Positions 55,459 to 64,000 of a DNA stretch of 64,000 bases are shown piece after piece. The DNA is from Paraspadella gotoi (Eukaryota; Animalia; Chaetognatha). The notes under the pieces are model-generated. The model was not told the DNA's origin. It ran no database searches and saw only the letters and a list, made by a program, of their open reading frames with translations. Every line of letters starts with the position of its first letter. Position 1 is the stretch's first letter. The position numbers and the translations under genes were made by a program. The stretch covers positions 26,462,338-26,526,337 of the forward strand of contig CM119265.1 of NCBI GenBank assembly GCA_051294375.1, in the 5' to 3' direction.

Positions 55459-55938
55459 CACCTGGTCTAGGAAAAAGAAAAAAGAAAAAAATTAAATAGA
55501 GGAAAAAAAACCTACCGAAGAAAAGTAAAAAGGAAGTATCTGTCCTATAAAAAATCAAAAAAAGAAGCACCTGCCGAAGTGAAGAAAAAATAAAGCACCT
55601 ACTAAGGAAATTAAAAGAAAAATAAGCCAAAACGAGCTTATAATAACGAATAATATAAACGAGCCAAAGAAAAAAAAAGGAAGCACCTACCTAAGAAAAG
55701 AAAAGAAAAGGAAAGCACCTGCCTAATAAAGGAAAATAAGGGGAACAACTGCCGAGGAAAATAAAATAAAAAGGAAGCACCTGTCGTAGAAAAGAATAGA
55801 AAAAGGAAGCACCTGCCAAAGAAAGGAAAAGGGAAGCACCTCCCCAAGAAAAGAAAGGTTAAAGGAAGCACCTGTTGTAGAAAAGAAAAGAAAAAGGAAA
55901 CACCTGCAAAATAAAAGAAAGGATAAAGGAAGCACCTG
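55459..55938. repeat. Degenerate minisatellite with AAAGGAAGCACCT core
   Basis: Core recurs more than 10 times with A-rich linkers of variable length. Confidence 0.75.
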
Positions 55939-56803
55939 GTCTCTTTATGACCGAGTGAATTCTTCGTCACGATGTGAGGAGGATAAGAAAAGTTCCAGAT
56001 GTCACGATGCGATTAAAAGTATTTATTTCCGATGTAAACCATAAAAAAAGGAACTTTTGATTAAAAATGTTAAAATTCTTGAGGTTTTAAAAAGTTTTTA
56101 AGGTTTTTTTTTTNNNNNNNNNNNNNNNNNNNNNNNNNNNNNNNNNNNNNNNNNNNNNNNNNNNNNNNNNNNNNNNNNNNNNNNNNNNNNNNNNNNNNNN
56201 NNNNNNNNNNNNNNNNNNNNNNNNNNNNNNNNNNNNNNNNNNNNNNNNNNNNNNNNNNNNNNNNNNNNNNNNNNNNNNNNNNNNNNNNNNNNNNNNNNNN
56301 NNNNNNNNNNNNNNNNNNNNNNNNNNNNNNNNNNNNNNNNNNNNNNNNNNNNNNNNNNNNNNNNNNNNNNNNNNNNNNNNNNNNNNNNNNNNNNNNNNNN
56401 NNNNNNNNNNNNNNNNNNNNNNNNNNNNNNNNNNNNNNNNNNNNNNNNNNNNNNNNNNNNNNNNNNNNNNNNNNNNNNNNNNNNNNNNNNNNNNNNNNNN
56501 NNNNNNNNNNNNNNNNNNNNNNNNNNNNNNNNNNNNNNNNNNNNNNNNNNNNNNNNNNNNNNNNNNNNNNNNNNNNNNNNNNNNNNNNNNNNNNNNNNNN
56601 NNNNNNNNNNNNNNNNNNNNNNNNNNNNNNNNNNNNNNNNNNNNNNNNNNNNNNNNNNNNNNNNNNNNNNNNNNNNNNNNNNNNNNNNNNNNNNNNNNNN
56701 NNNNNNNNNNNNNNNNNNNNNNNNNNNNNNNNNNNNNNNNNNNNNNNNNNNNNNNNNNNNNNNNNNNNNNNNNNNNNNNNNNNNNNNNNNNNNNNNNNNN
56801 NAG

Positions 56804-56966
56804 CTCCGGCGAGGTGATCGGCAAGACTCGTAAAAACCACATCCCGCGCGTTGGAGACTTCAACGAATCCACGTACTACTTGGAGGGCGACACCGGACAT
56901 CGAGTCTTCGAGACAAGGTTCGGGAAGATCGCCGTCAACATTTGCTACGGGAGACACCACCCGCAG
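56804..56966 (+). CDS. UPB1: Beta-ureidopropionase exon 5 ((N)[28 protein letters not shown]...[10 protein letters not shown])
   Basis: Contains catalytic Lys (RKNHIP) and Cys (NICYGRHHP); phase 2 matches exon 4 (AA|C = Asn). Confidence 0.97.
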
Positions 56967-57156
56967 GTTTGGGGTGGGGGGAAAGGTGTTCAGAGGGTGG
57001 TCAATGACCACTGGTCAGGGAATGAGAAGTGAAGGTGGTTTGAAGAGAAAATGGGGCCTATTTAAATTGAGAATGATTTCTCAAAATATTCTATTCAATA
57101 TATTCATACATTTAAAAGATTATCTGTGAAAATAATTGTTTATAAAATAAAATAAT

Positions 57157-57228
57157 AGGCACAGACGGGGTTCGAACCCGCGATCTTCGGTTTACAAGAC
57201 CGACGCCTTACCACTTGGCCACTGCGCC
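57157..57228 (-). tRNA. tRNA-Thr(TGT)
   Basis: GGCGCAGTGGCCAAGTGGTAAGGCGTCGGTC-TTGTAA-ACCGAAGATCGCGGGTTCGAACCCCGTCTGTGCCT folds as a full cloverleaf; A/B boxes; downstream T-runs. Confidence 0.95.
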
Positions 57229-58079
57229 TCTGAATAATTGCCTCCGAAGTTTGAAATTTATTCCTCTAAGTCTCGATTCGGAATCAAACAACATAAGTGC
57301 TCAATCGTCGAAAAAAAAAATAGAAAAAAATATTTCAACTTCGTTCGGTTAACTTGAAAAAAGTCAGGTTACGAGGCCGTTTTGACACGAAATGGAATTT
57401 AATTTAACAAAAAATTATGGTCGTCAAATATTCATGCGGTAAATTAAAAATAAATAATTATAAGATATGAGCGTTAAATTTCAGTTTAGTAAGTATTTTT
57501 ATTCAGTTGAGAGTGCCTAGTTCATTTGTCTCTTATTCATAATTCATATAATTTTTAAACTCTTTTAACCTCGTTCCGTTTTCACAGTTCGTCAAACTCG
57601 ATCCTTACCTTTCTCTCATTTCAACCGGACGAGCTACTACTTTCCCGTCATTTCATTCACTGCTTCATTTTTCTCTCTCTGAATGTCAGATTCAAAAAAA
57701 AAAATCTTTCCCCCGGCTTTTATTCATATCGTAAGGTTTCTGCGGCTCGGGTTTTATTCATTCTTTCATTTCCTCGTTTTTCAGTCTTTGCTTCTACGGT
57801 TGNNNNNNNNNNNNNNNNNNNNNNNNNNNNNNNNNNNNNNNNNNNNNNNNNNNNNNNNNNNNNNNNNNNNNNNNNNNNNNNNNNNNNNNNNNNNNNNNNN
57901 NNNNNNNNNNNNNNNNNNNNNNNNNNNNNNNNNNNNNNNNNNNNNNNNNNNNNNNNNNNNNNNNNNNNNNNNNNNNNNNNNNNNNNNNTTTTTTTCCTGA
58001 AGCCACGACTAATCTCCGTCGATCGTTCAGTCAAAGCCAATGATCGGGGCTCTCTTTTCCGAGACTGCCCCATTCTCTT

Positions 58080-58155
58080 CTCTAACCTAATCCCTAACCT
58101 AATCCCTAACCTCTATCCCTAACCTAATCTCTAACCTAATCTCTAACCTAACCCT
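58080..58155. repeat. Degenerate telomere-like (CTAACC/CTAATC) interstitial repeat
   Basis: 12-bp CTAACCTAATCC units; similar tracts at about 3958-4038 and 63634-63757. Confidence 0.7.
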
Positions 58156-58207
58156 TTTTCATTCACGATTGGAATTTCTTCACACGACATTCAAGTTCAC
58201 AATCGCG

Positions 58208-58590
58208 AGTTCTCGCGGAGCAACTCTATAAGTCACTTTTCGGGCGGTCTGTCGGTTCGTCGGTCTGTGGGTATGTCTGTCAATCGCTCTGTCCCACTTA
58301 CGTTGAAAAAGTATATAATTTTTCTATAGTTGGTTGCTCTTTTGTTAAGACAGGAAAAAACCTCAAATCTAAGGGACTGCTAGCGCTGCCTCCAGTTTAT
58401 CCTAAAACTAAAATAGAATAAAAGACGGAATTTTGATGCAGTGCATGTCATAAATACACTGGCTAAGAAAGTTATTGTAGTCATGTAGTCATGTTATGTC
58501 ATGTCATTTTACGTCATGTCATGTCACGAGAAATATACGTGATAAGGCAGTCACTGCGGAGCAACACATTTGAATTACCGTTTCTTTTTT
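58208..58590 (+). mobile_element. Helentron-associated (HINE-like) element, diverged second family member
   Basis: Similar to 41330-41655; GCGGAGCAAC occurs near both ends; ACTCTATAAGTCAC followed by GTCG/GTCT microsatellite. Confidence 0.5.
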
Positions 58591-60688
58591 ATTTTATTAT
58601 ATTTTTATTTAAACTTTCTCCATTTTTTTTTATTCAATAATATTTCCATTTCAGGTTCTCTCCTACATTTTATTTCCATTTTTCTTTTTCCATTTTTCTT
58701 TAATTCACTTTGATTTCCTCTTTTTTCTCTCGATCTCAAAATCAAAAAAAAATTTTAAAAACTTGAGATTTTTTCACATCAACGACTTTTTCACGTGTAA
58801 ATTTTACTTCACGAACGAGTTTAACGATTGGAAAAATGAAAGAAGGAAAGAAAGAATTAAAAGTAGTAGTTGACCTGAATTGATTCTAACATTAAATATT
58901 AATTATTCAAGTCGGCAAAATTTATATATGATATATATCATTGGTACAAACGATTCATTATGAAGTTTTAATCCTTCGCGACCGAAATATGAAAACGATT
59001 TACCAATGAATTAAGCAATCAATCAATCAAATAATGAATCAACGTCCGAGGGAAAGCAGTCGTCTGATGACGCATCAAAAGAGCAGACGGAATTCGGAAA
59101 TTGAGCGTAAATATTGTTCCCTCAGGAACATAGTATTAAAAAAGTAAATAATAAAAAAAGTATATTAATGTTTTGTAAAAATTAACTTCCCTTTCCATCC
59201 AACCTTCCGTGTTTCTCCGTCGTAAACAAATTAGCTTAATATTCTTTCTTTTTTTTCTTTTCTTTCTTTCTTTCTATTTTTTTTCCTTTTTTTTTCTTCT
59301 TCAACTTGTTTTTCCTCTCAAAGACTTTGCGTCTGTTCCTCTCAGTCCCGTTATTACGAAGACGGTAGACGCTTTTTTATTATTTATTATTTTCCTTTTT
59401 TTTTTCTTAATTCATATAATTTTTAAACTCTTTTCACCTCGTCGTGATCGTCGTCGTCGTCGTNNNNNNNNNNNNNNNNNNNNNNNNNNNNNNNNNNNNN
59501 NNNNNNNNNNNNNNNNNNNNNNNNNNNNNNNNNNNNNNNNNNNNNNNNNNNNNNNNNNNNNNNNNNNNNNNNNNNNNNNNNNNNNNNNNNNNNNNNNNNN
59601 NNNNNNNNNNNNNNNNNNNNNNNNNNNNNNNNNNNNNNNNNNNNATTCTCGTCATTGTTGTCATTTTTGTCATTCTCGTCATTGCTGTCATTTTTGTCAT
59701 TTTCGTGAGAGAATTGTTTATCGATTTATTGATGCGAAGCTGAGCTCGCCCGGTTGCTTTATTGTTGGTCTAACCTAATCATTGGCCTTGCTTTGTTGTC
59801 GTCGNNNNNNNNNNNNNNNNNNNNNNNNNNNNNNNNNNNNNNNNNNNNNNNNNNNNNNNNNNNNNNNNNNNNNNNNNNNNNNNNNNNNNNNNNNNNNNNN
59901 NNNNNNNNNNNNNNNNNNNNNNNNNNNNNNNNNNNNTCCTGTCAATGTTGCTTTATTTGTACTTGGCTTTAGAAGCTTTATTAAAAGTCTGGCTGAATCT
60001 GTTTTTACAATTTTAATAATATTTTTTTTTTTTGACAATTGTAAAAAATCCTATTTCAATTGGTTCCGCCCTGAATACGCGTCAACGGCCTTTGCGTCCC
60101 GAGAAGAGAAAGACTGAATGAAATGAATGGAAACTGATTGAGAAATGAATGGAATCGCGAAAAACAATTGACTTCATTGCAGTTGGCTTAATTTGCTTAG
60201 TTTGCTTTTTTTCTCTTCTTTTATTTTTATCCTCTTTCCGATGTTTTTTTTTGTTTTGTTTTTTTTGTCAGAGAGAGAGAAGAGAGAGAGAGAGAGAAGA
60301 GAAGAGAGGAGACANNNNNNNNNNNNNNNNNNNNNNNNNNNNNNNNNNNNNNNNNNNNNNNNNNNNNNNNNNNNNNNNNNNNNNNNNNNNNNNNNNNNNN
60401 NNNNNNNNNNNNNNNNNNNNNNNNNNNNNNNNNNNNNNNNNNNNNNNNNNNNNNNNNNNNNNNNNNNNNNNNNNNNNNNNNNNNNNNNNNNNNGAGAATT
60501 AAAAAGTTAATTGTGTCGTCAGAAGTTAAAACCGCTGAGTTTCTTACTTGACCTTTCTTCTTTTTCTCACTTCTCTTTCCTTTTTTTGCTGTGAGGCAGT
60601 TAGAGCAGTCCAGCTACTGAAATTGTTTAACTGTTTAACTGTTTAAGTATATTCGATGCAAAAAGTAACAATAATTACAAAGAGATGT

Positions 60689-60770
60689 TGGCAGCAGTGG
60701 GATTCGAACCCACGCCTCCGAAGAGACTGGTGCCTTAAACCAGCGCCTTAGACCACTCGGCCATGCTACC
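60689..60770 (-). tRNA. tRNA-Leu(AAG)
   Basis: 82-nt cloverleaf GGTAGCATGGCCGAGTGGTCTAAGGCGCTGGT-TTAAGGC-ACCAG, long variable arm, GGTTCGAATCC T-loop. Confidence 0.96.
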
Positions 60771-61490
60771 TCTTCCTGAATCTTTTTTATAATTTATAAC
60801 TGATTGACTTTGTTAATTTTTTTAACTTAATTCTACTTTTTCCGCTTATATCATTCGTGCATAATTAATGTCCCTTTTTGCCCCAATTTTTCTTTTTCCT
60901 ATTTTTTGACGTAAGATTAAGTTGGTTTCGAAAATAAACGGAGAATTTTCTCAAAAGGAGATTTTATTTATAAATTTTTAAACGATTTTTATTTTTTTTA
61001 CTTTTCTCCTTTCTTAAAATCCTTCTTCAAGTCACCATCCATACTTTTTTTTCGAAAGTGACTCTCGCCAGGAAAGAAAAAATTGCTCGCGAAAAAAAAA
61101 ACCTAAATTTTTAATGATTTTAAAACGTGAATCGAATGAGGAAAGGGAAAATCCCTGAGGAGAAAAGGTGAGAGAGAAAGGGAGTGTGAACCCCCGGAGT
61201 GAGTAGGAAGATTTTCTGCGAAATCCCCGATTTAAAAAATGGTAAGGAGGAGAAATATTTGCTGCGTTTTAGGGAGGAAACCATGTGATTCACATTTTTG
61301 TGAAGACTTCGTGATTCATCAGTGCTAATTTCTATTTCGGTGGTAGTAACTAAATTATTTCAGTATCAACATAAAAACTAGGTGGATATTAAATAAAAGA
61401 ACAGATTGAGGCGGTGTGAATATAGCATTTAAACATTCTAATTTGGTAGTTATAGGACCCACCAACAATGAACAGAATCCCCCTCTCTCT

Positions 61491-61964
61491 CAGTAGATGT
61501 AAAATGTATGTATTTTTGTCCCTTTAAACAAGACCAGGAATGGTCGGTGTATGTATTTTTGTCCCTTTAAACCAGACATAAGAAAATAAAGGGAATGGGA
61601 CCATGGGGATAAGGTTGAGGTCAATTTATCCTCTTCTTCTTCCTCCTCATTGATCGTTGTTTCCTTTGTCCTTAAAGTCATGTGATTATTATCACACCAG
61701 TCTAAGAATCCTTCGAGATCATCCTTAAAAGAATTTTGTCATTTTTGAGATGCCAGACAAGAAGAAGTAAAGGGGAGAATCAACAATCAATGAGGAGGAG
61801 AAGGAGGACGGAGAGGAGAGAGGGATAAAATTGACCCTAACCTTATCCCATGGTCCCCATTTCCTTTATTTTCTTGTGTCTGGTTTTAAAGAGGACAAAA
61901 ATACATATACCGACCTTTCCCTGGTCTGGTTTAAAGGGAAAAAATACTACATTTACATTTACTT
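61491..61964. mobile_element. ~470-bp MITE-like fold-back element
   Basis: About 61491-61670 is an imperfect reverse complement of about 61757-61964 (GGGACCATGGGGATAAGGTT/AACCTTATCCCATGGTCCC; ATGTATTTTTGTCC/GGACAAAAATACAT), with a unique spacer. Confidence 0.65.
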
Positions 61965-62396
61965 GTCTCTCCCTCTCTCTCCCTCCCTCTCTGCTCTCTC
62001 TAAACCCCCTCTATTCCCTCTTCTCTTCCACCATCCTCCGCTCTCCCTCGGCCACCCCATCTGTCTCCCTCTCTCTCTCTCCCCTCTCTCTCACGCTCCT
62101 CCTCCATCCCCTCTCTGCTCCAACCCCCTCTCTCCCTCCCCTCTCTCTCCACCCCTCTTCTCCCTCCCCTCTCTCTCCAACCCTCTTTCCACATCCCCTC
62201 TCTCTCTAACCCTCCTCTCTCCTCCTCCTCTCTCTCCAACCCCTCTCTCCCTCCCTCTATTCAACCCCTCTCTCTCCCTCCCCCTCTCTCTCTCAACCCC
62301 ATCCTCTCTCTCCTCCCCCTCTCTCTCCAACCCCACCTCTCTCCCTCCCCCTCTCTCATCCAACCCCCTCTCTCCCTCCACCCCATTCACCTCCAG

Positions 62397-62606
62397 AACT
62401 GGATGATGTACGCGATCAACGGCGCGGAGATTGTCTTCAACTCCATCGGCCACTGTGGGCGCCCTCTCGAACCGACTGTGGGGCATCGAGGCTCGCAACG
62501 GCGCGCATCGCTATTTTTACTTCGCCGTCGCGATCAATCGAGTTGGAACACGAAGTATTGCGCACACGAGTTCACATCCGGGAGGAGCGGAAAGGCCGCG
62601 CATAAA
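62397..62606 (+). CDS. UPB1: Beta-ureidopropionase exon 6 ([34 protein letters not shown]...AINRVGT...EFTSG..GKAAHK), with apparent frameshifts
   Basis: ctccag acceptor, phase 0; conserved motifs are spread over different frames, probably from sequencing indels; 3' boundary approximate. Confidence 0.85.
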
Positions 62607-62685
62607 GCGCAGCGGGGGGGCCGGAGAAGGCTGGGGAGAAAAGGGAGATGGAGCGGACGGATAGTGCGACAGAAAGACTAGTTAG

Positions 62686-62775
<90 letters not shown>

Positions 62776-63050
62776 GAGAGAGCTCGGCGGACACTCTGGC
62801 AAGTAGACAGAGTGAAACAGACGGACGAACGGAGAGAAAGACAAAGCGACCGACGGACAGAGGTACAGGTAGACGTACAGACAGAGTTGCGACGGAACCG
62901 ATGGACAGACAAATACACGGACGGACAAAGAGTCAGAGGAAAAAGAAAACCGCATGGACACAAATTTATTAAGCAGCCAATCAAGAGGAAATCAGGAACT
63001 GAGTTAAAATCCTAACGAAAATGTTAACCAGGGAAAAAAAGTCGTGCAAC

Positions 63051-63089
<39 letters not shown>

Positions 63090-63115
63090 AGACGACGTCT
63101 CCATAAATAGATCCT

Positions 63116-63236
63116 TATGACTTTTCCTCCGTCACTGTCCCGCTGATGAAACGGGCGGGACCCTCCCGCGGCTTTGACGCCGAGGTCACGCGTTCTATTC
63201 CCGAGGGAGGTTGTGAATTATGGCCAATTTAAGGGA

Positions 63237-63285
<49 letters not shown>

Positions 63286-64000
63286 CCTTAGTGGAGACAT
63301 TACCGTTGTTGTCTTCATCGTCATCTTCTTTTCTTCTTCTCTAAAAATTAAATGAGACTTGAAACGACTCGTCATTTCTCGGCTCTCTTTTTCGAGAGTG
63401 TCCCATTTCTGTTCGTTTATTTCCAAAATGAGTTATTAGATATAATGATAAGTAAAAAATTTTTAAGAAAGCAATATATATATATTTAAAGAATATAGAT
63501 TAAAAAGTAAAGCTTTCATAAAATATAAAAATAAAAAATAAAAAATAGTGAAACAGGTAATTTGAAAATTTTTATAATTTAATTTTAACTTTAATATTCA
63601 ATATAAATGAGTTTTTAAACTTATATAACAAGCCCTAACCCTAATCCTTAACCATAACCTAATACTGTATCCTAATACTCAGCACTTATTCTTAGTTTCT
63701 AACCTTAACCTTTAACCCTGAATGTTAGTCCCTAACCTGATCCCTGACCTTTAACCTATTTTTTTTTAAATTAAACTAATTCCGAATTCAAGATAAAATC
63801 GGTCGTTCTCCGAAAATAAGGCAGGGTTGAAAAAAAATGACGACGACGACGAAAGCAACGACGACCTCGTCTCCATGACAACCGCAGCAGAAGATGCGAG
63901 GTGAGGCTGAAAATGAAAACGCCGGTTGTCGACGTCGGCGTTATATTTGCGATCGCGAGGACACTCACCTTGACCTCGGTAGGAAAAGGCGCCGGCGGCC
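63116..64000 (-). CDS. Possible last two exons of a convergent minus-strand gene (...AAGAFSYRGQ|ERVTSASKPREGPARFISGTVTEEKS*)
   Basis: Canonical AG|gtgagt donor at 63968/63969 and a phase-compatible GC-rich exon at about 63116-63195; no recognisable homology. Confidence 0.3.

Noticed and set aside
55459-55938. Repeat-spacer-like array with AAGGAAGCACCT core (CRISPR-like look)
   Set aside because: Linkers are A-rich and self-similar, the core is short and degenerate, no cas genes are present, and the context is eukaryotic.
63634-63757. Telomere
   Set aside because: Short, degenerate and internal; similar tracts occur elsewhere in the window.

Overview
Eukaryotic (metazoan-like) draft-assembly window. 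It is AT-rich, dense in (AG)n, (ACG)n and (CTTT)n microsatellites, and has many N gaps; most ORFs in the supplied track are microsatellite noise. Three spliced genes are supported. (1) A minus-strand gene (about 10022-16991) encodes an unrecognised protein with about 7 tandem 27-aa Cys-rich repeats and a C-terminal YGGHVPG...KFGKTIG motif resembling FAM166/CIMIP2 microtubule inner proteins. (2) A minus-strand gene fragment has a 2.6-kb low-complexity exon (20681-23297) and a phase-compatible terminal exon. (3) Beta-ureidopropionase (UPB1/pyd3) lies on the + strand; six exons are visible and the C-terminal exon(s) are not. tRNA-Thr(TGT) and tRNA-Leu(AAG) sit antisense in a UPB1 intron. Block 27099-42086 is repeated in tandem at 42087-54668. 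The second copy is indel-rich and differs by reciprocal transposon insertions, most consistent with a second haplotype placed by long-read gap filling. Noisy fold-backs at about 28.4-32.2 kb look like read artefacts. Several non-autonomous DNA elements are present. Splice donors inferred here are unusually degenerate. All gene models were read by eye; no database search was run.
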